Source: Eledone cirrhosa
Taxonomy: Eukaryota
DNA length: 64,000 nt
Direction of reading: 5' to 3'
Assembly (NCBI GenBank): GCA_964016885.1
Contig: OZ024740.1
Location: 255,812,001-255,876,000 of the forward strand
The notes under the pieces: generated by a model
Seen by the model: the letters and a program-made list of their open reading frames with translations, nothing else
Told to the model about the DNA's origin: nothing
Database searches by the model: none
Shown here: piece by piece, positions 50,961 through 64,000 of the stretch
Layout: each line of letters opens with the position of its first letter
Position numbering within the stretch: the first letter of the stretch is position 1
Program-made: the position numbers and the translations under genes

Positions 50961-51108
50961 TGATTTTTTTATTGGCCACAAGGGCTGACAACAAGAAAAA
51001 CATTACAGACGGCACAGCACGGTACGATGTGGGTTCTGTGCGTGTAAATATTTTTATTATTTATATAAGAAAAAAAAAAAAAGACATAGATACATATATA
51101 TATATATA

Positions 51109-53891
51109 CTAGCAGTTTAGCCCGGCGTTGCTCGGGTTTGTTCATTTGCTATGAAAAGTTACATACAGGTAAACGTGGTTTGAAAGCGAATAAGCTTATC
51201 AATTAAGTGCATAAAGCAGTTGAACCGGTTATTAAAAGTTACGAACCAATTAGCATTTTGGTCAATCAATGATGGGTTAATAATCCTCCAATAGCGAATT
51301 TAGTAGACCAAAGTTGCAAGATGGTGGCCCTGATGCCGCTGGGTGTCAGATCTGTCCGCCATGGGATACCCTACCAGAAATAGTGTTCCAGACGGCATAG
51401 CTCCAACACCTGCACCAACATCTATAGCACCTCTTTGTAGACGATATTGCGTGTCATCCCTTGAGGAGAGTAAGCAAAAAGTCCATTCCTGCTCCCTGCG
51501 CGGGAACAGGCTACATAAAGTTGGCCATGGGAGAAGCATGGCTCCTCCAAATGGATGCCCGCCACCGACAATGTTTGCCCTTGTGACTTGTTAATGGACA
51601 TGGCAAAACATGGTCTCACCGGGAATTGGGATCGTCGGAAATCGAACGGGATATCTGACGCCGAGGGGAAAAGGTTCATCCTTGGAATGAAAACATTCTC
51701 CCCTCTTCCGCACCCCGTTACAATGGTGACCTCAATCAAGTGGGTGTCAGTGACTTGACGACCATGCGAGTACCGTTGCACTGCTTTGGTGGACGCAAGT
51801 TACTTATTAGCATAATGGTACAGCCAACCCTAAGCTTAATAATGTGAGGTGGGAGACCTGGGGGCTCAAGGAGATTTAATAACTCAACCGGATAATTAAC
51901 GATATTGTCGGGGTCTGATTTAAAGATGTGCTCTTTACCGGGAATCTTCTCAATCAGCTGCTCGTTAATAAAATTAACCATGGTATTTTTCGGAGCAAGG
52001 ATGGCTCTTTCGCTGAGCCAATCGAGGTTTTTAAAGTTAGATGAGACATTAGGAAAAACTGCTTCCCAAAGGTCAGAAGGGCTGCTCACAATGTTGCACA
52101 GGGTGTCGATTGCCATGCCGCCCTTGTCATCCGCAGGGATCTTGCCCTCACCAAGTGCTAAAATGTTCTATGCTGCAGACATGTTGTCACCATGCAAATG
52201 AGCACGCATATTTGTGCTCAGGTACAAACTATTCACCTGGAGCCACAACATGGACGACTTAAGACAGGCACGCACTTCATCAGCTCTTGTCCATTTGGGG
52301 ATGACAGGCAGCGTTTTCCGAAAATCCCCTGATAGCAGAAGGGTTACGCCACCCATAGGAGCCGTAGAATCCCTAATGTCTTTCCGGGCCCTGTCCAATG
52401 CCTCAAGGGCACGCTTGTGTGCCATTGTGCACTCATTCCAAACAATGAGGCAACATCTTTTGAGAACCAGAGCTTTGTGTAAACTCTTGCTGATATTGCA
52501 TGTTGGTGTCTCAGTTTTTACTAAATCCAAAGGGAGTTTAAAGGTTGAATGTGCTGTCCTGCCTCCCGGCAGCAAAGTAGCAGCGATCCCGGACGATGCA
52601 ACGGACAACGCAACATTTTTCTCCTGACGAATCTTAGCGAGAATCAAATTCGTTACAAAAGTTTTTCCGGTACCCCCAGGAGCGTTTTTTATTGGGGGGT
52701 TCCGGTTTTTTTGTTTTTTTTTACCTTGAGGTATAACCAGTCAGTAGTTCCTTCAAAGGCTCTGGCGGTTCCGGAAGAGGGGGCAAGGTGACGTTACCGT
52801 TTAAGCAGCACATTGCAGGTGGCTCCCCAGCCAACTTTGTAGCATTGCAGAATTGGCAATTGAAGCGCATCTCGCCTATATTTGTCAGAGCGCATCGAGT
52901 AATTAACGTTTTGTTCATACTTGAAAGCCCGTAGGTGCCAGTAAGGGCTGTTGGGGCTCGTCACACCGCGTGCAGCTTCTCGCCGTCAACTGTTACGCTT
53001 GAACGTAGAACATTGGTCGTGTGGTTGGTGGGAAGGTCTGGCAGCAATAGCAGAAGCAACATTTGCAATGCTAATGGACCGCCCGTCTGCATCTTCAGAA
53101 GCCATGGAAGAAGTCATAGCCGCAGCGTCCGTAGGAAGGGAGCCGTCCGTTGTTTTAAACGTTCCAAAGACCTGGGAGCAGCATTAGTCGCAGCGTTTCT
53201 AGCCAGGCGCTTCGACCTTTGTTCACGGCTCTCTGAAGCCCTGGAAGAAGCCTGGTATGAAGCCATTTTGGCTAGGCGTGCGGTGCGCTGTTGGAAACTT
53301 TCAGCGGCTCGACATTCTGCTGAACGTAAGGCTGTCTGTGAAAGTCTTGAAGCATTTTCCTCAGAGGACTCGTTTGCTATAGTAGCCTTTTGCGCCACTG
53401 CTGACGCGGTATGTCGACTGAGGCGACTTCCCTTTTTAGGTGGCATTTTATGTCCAAAAGAAGGGGTGAAAGTTACTTCTACAGAAAAATTGACTTTGAA
53501 AGTCTACTGTCTGTTTATGAATATTGTTATTGTTGTTGTGATACAAATGTTAGTAAGTAAATGGGTATCGAAAAATAAAGGGTGAAAGTTACTTCAACAT
53601 AAAAATTGACTTTGAAAGTGTAAGGCTGATAATTGAATGGAAAAAGATTGATAAGAAAGGCTCCCCCAAAAAATGTACAGGTATTTGTATGTATGTGTGT
53701 ATTTTTATGTAGAAAAGAAAGGGTTAAAGTTACTTCTACAGAAAAATATAGTTTGAAAGTGTAAGGCCGATGTGTGTGTAAATTAAGTGACAGGTATTTG
53801 TATGTATGTGTGTATATGTATGTATGTGTGTATGAAAGTGTAAGGCCGATGTGTGTGTAAATTAAGTGACAGGTATTTGTATGTATGTCTG

Positions 53892-53923
<32 letters not shown>

Positions 53924-56900
53924 TGTATGTATGTTTTCTCTTTCTCTTAATTTCGAGTATATTTTTTTTGACCGGCCACCTTCCTGGTGGCAAGGTTGTA
54001 AAAGAAAAGAAATTGTCATCCCTTGAATCGCAAGAATGTTTTGCAAATTTTGAAGGTGCCAGCTATCGCAGCCATTTGTAGACTATGAATTAGGGAGCTG
54101 CGTTTTTTGTCCGCAAATCCAAGTTCAGTCATACTTTGGTCCAAGCGGGTTGGTATATAACCCGTAGCACCAATAATGATGGGTATGAAGCTAAAGGTGT
54201 ATCTTGGATACTGGATTTGTAAACTCCTCATCAATGGTCCGTAGATGTCCTCCTTCTCCTGTATTTTTCTGACAACGTTTACATCAAGTGGGCAGCTGAT
54301 CTTCACAACAGAACACGTTTTCAATGTGTGGTCCCAAACTACAATATCAGGCCGGTTGTGCTTTAATTTGGTGGCAGTTTTTATTTTCAGGTTCCACCAG
54401 TATTCCTTAGTGCCATCTGTCTCAATATATTCTTCCTCATTTGTTGTTAATTTTGTTTTCCGAAGTGCGTTCCAGATGGTTCTAGCTATCCCATCGTGTC
54501 TCATGGGGAGGTAGTAGCGAGATGACATTCTTTCGCAGCTGGCAACAATGTGGCTTACATCCTCGATCTTTGTTTTACATAGCCTACATTTATTGTCAGC
54601 TGCTGGCCCTCCTCTTTTGTGCAGCAGATATTTGGTAGGGAGTTCTTGTTCCTGTATTGCAGAGATATCCCTCAAGGTGTGATGTCATAAACTTGTCGGA
54701 ACTCTATGCCAGGCTTTTTGAGTGGTTTATCCCCTCTATGGTCTGTGTTTTACGCCTCAAGTATCCATGCACAACTTTTTCTGTAAATTGGTCAATTTTT
54801 TCATCTTGTTTGAACATTGACTAGGATCTTCCGATTTCTCTGGGTGAGAGATTTATATCAGGCTTTATTCCATATCTCGCCTCCAGATCAGTCGCTATTC
54901 TAATGATATTTCTTTTTTCATGGTCATAAACCTGGGCAAGATGGTTGCCAACCTTTTTCCTCTGTTGAAGGTGTTGCTTCAGTGTTACTATCCGGGTCTC
55001 ATATGTTGTTAATATTGATTTTAGACCCCGGCCACCTTCCTTGCGTGAGAAGTATAGCCTATCCACATCACCATTGATGTTAAAGTTCCCAGTAACACTG
55101 AGAAGTTTTCGAGTTCTAACATCCATCTCACTTAGTTCTTGCAATGACCAGTTCAGTAGGCCAAATGTTGGCGTTAGAATTGGCACAGCATAAGTATTGT
55201 GGGCAATGTATTTGTTGTATGCTGACAGTTCTGATGACCATATTTTCTTTACTCTTCTGAGGTATTCAGTTCTGGTTCTCTCCTTATTTATGGGTCCATC
55301 ATATCTGACATTCTCATCCTATCCAAGATAACTGTAGTTGTCACCTGACTGCAGAGGTTGTATTGTCAGGCCGTTCATCTCTAGATTTCTAGAGGAGGGC
55401 ACAGCTCTTCCACGTTTTACTGCCAAATATGCACACTTGGACTCACCAAATTTCATTTTGATGTCGGTTGAAAATTGTGTAATGAGGTCCAATTGTTTCT
55501 TGATGTCATTGATATTTGGCCCATACAACTTCAGGTCATCAATAAAGAAAAGATGGGAGATACTTCTGGGCCCACTTCTTTGTCCTACCTTGTTTCCTGA
55601 GTAGGTAAGATAGTGGATTCAGTGAGAGAACGAAGAGTAGCACTGACAAGCTATCACCCTGAAAGATGCCCTTCTGGTAATGTATCTTATCAGTCTTAAC
55701 CTGCTCCTTCTCACCTCTAAGGATCAAACTGGTGTACCAGTTCTTGGTCAGGCGTTCAACAGCAGCTACCAATGGTTGTGGGACTTTAGCTAACTGTAAA
55801 GCCTTAACAATCCACCCATGAGGTACACTATCAAATGCTTTTTGATAGTCCAGCCACACGACAGTCATGTTTCTGCGATTCTTTGTTGTTTTTTCCTGAA
55901 TAATTTTGTTAGTTAGTAGGTGATCTATGCAACCCCACACCTCCCTCTTTCCACCAGCTTGCTCAAGTGTTATGATGTTGTTGGTAGCACAGTGATCCTG
56001 TAAGAACAGGTTAAGGCACCCAGTATATAATTTATACATGATGTTTTGGCAGGCAATTGGGCGGTAATTTTTAGCAAGGGTGGTTTGGCTATTTTGGGGA
56101 ATGAGGAGAGTAGAGGCAGTTGATAACCATCTGGGCAGTTCTTGTGTGCCCTTAATGGTTTCTGTAAACAGCCGTATGAGATCTTGCCGATAGAAAGTGA
56201 AATTCTTCAACCAGTATCCTGTAATGAGGTCTGGGCCTGGCGATTTCCTATTCGACATTTTCTGTAGAGCTGTTTCCATCTATGTTTCCATCTATGTCAT
56301 ATTGTTTTGTCTGGACATGTTGGCAGTAGTCCTGTTCCAGTTCTTTTAGCCAATTAGCTTGTCTGTTGAATCCGTCATCCGTTTCCCATACAGATCTCCA
56401 GTAGCTCTCAACCTGTTCTTTTGAAGGGGTGTCATTTACAGAGATTGAGCTTTTGCCACCGAAGCTGCGATAAACTGATTTAGGATCTCTGGAAAACAAT
56501 CTATTTAGCACTTGTCGTTTATGTGCTGTTGACTTATATTTCAGTCTTTCTGTTGTAGCTGTGAGTTGTTGTTTCAACTGGTGTAATTTGGAGTTCAAAG
56601 TTTTAAATTTTGCATCTCCAAATCGTCTCTCTAACTTTTTCTTTAGGTCTTCCTGGTGTCGTGTGAAGTTGCTCTCTATGTTGCATTTCATAACGACTGC
56701 GATGTGTGAGATACTTCGTCTCAGGGACAAAATTTTGGATATTAAATTTCGCAACCACGCTGGTTCAGGCTTTCTGCTTGTATCTTGATTGCGTGGTTTT
56801 AGATGTGTGTTATATGATAGCAATGTGACAGCTGAAACATATAACAAAACATTAAGCATTTCAAATGTCGTTTCTGCACCTTTAGATCGTAATGTATGTA

Positions 56901-57607
56901 TGTATGTATGTATGTATGTATGTATGTATGTATGTATGTATGTATGTATGTATTAAATGTTGAAAGTTACTTCAACATAAAAATTGACTTTGAAAGTATA
57001 AGGCTGATAATTGAATGTAAAAAGATTGATAAGAAAGGCCCAAAAATTTTTTTACAGGTATTTGTATGTATGTGTGTATTTTTATGTCGAAAATAAAGGG
57101 TTAAAGTTACTTATACAGAAAAATTTAGTTTGAAAGTGTAAGGCCGATCTCTTTATCATTATATGCTATTGTTATTTCTAAAACAAACTGTGTATGCGTT
57201 GATTGATTGAAATTCCCGCGTTCCTGTTTCTATGGCGTCAATCGTAACCATACCAACATATATGTGTGTGTATGCACCCACATATATGTGTGTATATGTT
57301 TTTTTTTCAATGTTTCTCTTTTTCACAAACACTTATAAGAGAAGGTAGCAATTTTAAGGGGAGGTGATGAATGGGAGTAGATATAGGAAACGTATATCAT
57401 ATGAGAGAGGAGAAATCATCGATTGTTGAAATAAATCGATTTTTCCGTAATTGTGGCATTTTTTAGCCAATAAGATCGCCCATGACCCAAGTTAGAATAT
57501 TTGTAAACATTCTGCTTAATTATTCATTCAATATTTTTGGAATTGTGTAAATGTATAAAATTGAAACATACATACAGACACAAAAATCTGCCTTTTATAG
57601 ATAATGA
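51109..57607 (-). mobile_element. Helitron (copy B), Rep-deleted, carrying a nested Dong-like element
   Basis: Minus 5' A|TCATTATCTATAAAA at 57607; 3' hairpin CCCG-AGCAACGC-CGGG then CTAG|T at 51109; PIF1 motifs APGGTGKTF, VASSGIAATLLPGGRTAHS, LLSGDFR, QFPVRPCFAMSINKSQGQT, FSHGQLYVACSR. Confidence 0.92.
53934..56892 (-). mobile_element. R4/Dong-like RLE retrotransposon, 5'-truncated and frameshifted, inserted in (TATG)n
   Basis: KSPGPDLI, NYRPIAC, WLDYQKAFDSVPH, GIFQGDSLS, FIDDLK, CRLCK..IEDVSHIVASC, RPDIVVWD; (tatg)n on both flanks. Confidence 0.9.
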
Positions 57608-59020
57608 TAAACAATAAAAATGAAAATTGAAACAATGAAAAATTCCCCAATAGGGGGAAACCTCCGAGGGTTACTCGTGGCTAAAACCACACAAAAGACC
57701 ACGGCCACCCTGACCAGCAGGGCAAGCGCCCTCTCTCAATTTTATCCCATTACTCAAACTACAAGCGTATATTCGGACCATTCTCGCTACATTCACCCAC
57801 CTTTCAACAAACCTGCTAGAAGGCAGCACTTGCCTCTCCACCCTGATTTTCCTCTTCAAGTGAAACTTGAAAAAGTTAATTAGGGATTCGCTGAAGAGGA
57901 AAGTGTCTGTCTTTAACCCTTTTAACCTTGTCCAGCACACAATCTCTTTCGCCATAGCCACCAGGCAGATGAAAACCGCCTGCCCTTCCTCGAAGGAAGA
58001 CGGCGAGACCATCTGCACAATGGACTCAGTCGATAACCGGATAAGTCCTACATGCGACAGCAACTGTTCGACATAGCTCCACAAGTTAACCATGTTCGAG
58101 TACTGAACGAGTGCGTGCATGACGGTTTCGTCGCTCTGCGTGCATCTCGGACAGGCTCGGCTGACGGCACTTCCGTGCCTGTAGAGCTTATCTCGAACCG
58201 GCAACGCTCCCAGGTAGCACTGCCAGGACAGGGATTTTTGTAAGTTATCCATAGGCCCTGAGCTGAAATTTCTTCGGAAGAGAGCAAATAGCTGATCTTC
58301 GACGCCTAGGATCTCTCCGAGAACGTCGTCGCACTTCTCCTCCACTAGTCCTCTATAGAACGCCGAGGTGGATGTTCCACCGATACTGGTGCCAAGCTGG
58401 CAGAGGGCAGTGAGCGCCTGGAGACATTCCAGTTTCCAAGCGCTATCCCTCGGTCTTTATCTGACCCAGGATTGCAGCTCCGTCAAGGAGACGATCTGTG
58501 AGAAAACGTGCCTGGCGAACGGCACCCACACCTGTTCACCGTCAAGGAAGCACCAGCGCATGTTTGCGCATCATCAGCCATGGAATGCCCAGTCCTCCAC
58601 GCAACGGGTGTTGACAGCAGATGGATTGTCTGACCATGGGAGCACGTCCCTTCCACAAAAAGCGGAAGAGGAGGCGCTCCATTTTGGTGAGAGTTGGGCC
58701 GGGGCAAGGGACGACAGTGAGGCGGTAGCAGATGACGGATGTGATGTACGCATTCGCCACCTCTGCCCGGCCTTTCAGGGATAGCTTCCTCTCGGCCCAT
58801 TTCTGGGAGAGAGGCCACCTTGCTCGTCACCTCACTCCAGTTTTTCTCCATCTGGAGGTCCGGTCCGAACCAGACCTCAAGCAATTTAACCAGTCCGTAC
58901 GTCCAACGCCCTCCGACGCTTTCGGACGGCATGGACTTTCCTCTCCAGGTGCCGAGCTGCAAACCCACCGACCTTTCCTGGTTTATCTTTGATCCTGTCA
59001 CCGCTTCGTATTCCTTGAAA
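57608..59020 (-). mobile_element. L1/Tx1-clade LINE 3' part (tail continues at 50962-51108 beyond the Helitron)
   Basis: TGSKINQERS, PLRGGLGIP, WQCYLGALPV...CPRC..SDETVMHAL. Confidence 0.88.
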
Positions 59021-59339
59021 TAGAATATTAAAAAGTAAGAGGCGTGTATGGATCCTGGAAGGCACGGGTATGGTGGTGCGTAAGGGGTGGGTGGAGGTGG
59101 TGATATAGGGGGAAGGGAAAATTGAGTCCAAACGGGGATGACGGAAGGTGAGGTGCGTATGTGTGTAGATGTGTGTATGTGTGTAGATGTTTGTATGCGT
59201 GGATGTATATATGAGAGTCTGGGGGAGAGCGAGACGAGATCGTGTCGAATCCGGAGGTGGTGTGAGATGGAGTGTGGGTGTATGTGAAGATGTGCACGTA
59301 TGTGTGTGTGTGCATGTGTGTGGTTAAGGGAGGATGAAA

Positions 59340-59510
59340 AGAAACACGGTATGTTAACAGGTAAACATTTAGAAAGCCGTAGCTATGGAAAAAACACTGG
59401 GGCTAGCGCCCTCTGGTGGTGTCTAGCAGAAGCAAGGGGTACAATCATCGATGCATTTCCGACTTAACTGGTCCTTAGCAGGACGATCCCTCCCACACCT
59501 GCGACTGCTG
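59340..59510 (-). repeat. Homolog of the 203-bp unit with decayed hammerhead (59444-59487) and CTCF-like motif (59404-59419)
   Basis: Shares catttagaaagccgtag...cgccctctggtggtgtctagcagaagcaa...acttaactggt...acgatccctcc with 21045-21210. Confidence 0.8.
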
Positions 59511-59576
59511 GACTTGGAAACAGTCGAGAATATATAATTTTCTCGTCTGTGTAAATGAGGTGATTAATCGGCCTGC

Positions 59577-63320
<3,744 letters not shown>

Positions 63321-63426
63321 GTGTTGTTATTTTTTTAACCTTTTACACACGCACCACACACACACATATATATATATGTGTGTGCGTGTATATATATATA
63401 TATATATATATATGGGAGGAAACATA

Positions 63427-63478
63427 ATAGTAACACTGATGATGTCACATGTGTGGTGAAAGAACTTTGATGGACTAT
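63427..63478 (+). ncRNA. Hammerhead-like motif, family of the Neptune-like element (homolog at 23418-23485, minus strand)
   Basis: atagtaaca-CTGATGA-tgtcac(atgt)gtggt-GAAA-gaac-TT-tgatggactat; stems are imperfect. Confidence 0.55.
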
Positions 63479-64000
63479 ATATTATATATATATATATTTC
63501 TATCTGTATTTTTAACTGGTGAGGGTTAAGATATATTCTCGAATCGAACGGAGAGTGGCAGAGAGTGGGAGAAAGAGAGTCTAAATATGTGATGAGAAAT
63601 GAGAGGGTTATATAGAAGAAGAATGAAAGAGGAGGAGAGGAGAAAATGGGGACCAAAACGATTGAGCAGGTCTTACGGAGAAACACGCAGAGATGGATAA
63701 AAAGATGTCGGACGTTCCCATTGCTCTCTTGTTCCTCTATGCTATCGTTTGAACGACAGAGATTTGATTTCTGTTGCGTGGGCAATACTTCTAGACTTAG
63801 TCCTTCCCTTTACGCGAAAAACTATGTATTAAAGTATTATGGGAAGCCGATGATTCAGATAACACTAAGTTTTTTTTTATTGTTACTCTATTCTCGCCCC
63901 CTTTCTATACATCTCTTCGTTTTTCTCCATAAATCCTGGTCCATCGTTTTCATACCCATTTTTCTCCTCTGCTCCTCTTCCCTTCTCCCTGTCTCTACAT

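Overview
AT-rich animal genomic DNA made almost entirely of nested transposable elements and (TA)n/(CA)n/(GA)n microsatellites. The tRNA-derived SINE resembles octopod cephalopod SINEs from memory, so the taxon is an inference. No intact host gene is visible; the only host-derived coding piece is a broken CCDC124/Lso2-like C-terminal fragment. Contents: two Helitrons, several L1/Tx1-clade LINEs, R4/Dong-like RLE retrotransposons, an RTE-X-like 3' end, about 13 SINE copies, and Penelope-like elements (PLEs) of Naiad-, Neptune- and Poseidon-like types. One Naiad-like copy has an intact 709-aa RT + GIY-YIG ORF in a young partial-tandem arrangement. The most striking signal is more than 20 hand-folded type I hammerhead ribozyme (HHR) motifs from about a dozen unrelated sequence families. 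Many sit in short non-coding fold-back or tandem units inserted in (TA)n tracts. They include core variants (U3-A8, U4A, U4C), one with a branched ~95-nt stem II, one family with compensatory base-pair changes, and one ~203-bp unit that also carries a CTCF-like motif. All structures were folded by eye and element boundaries are approximate.
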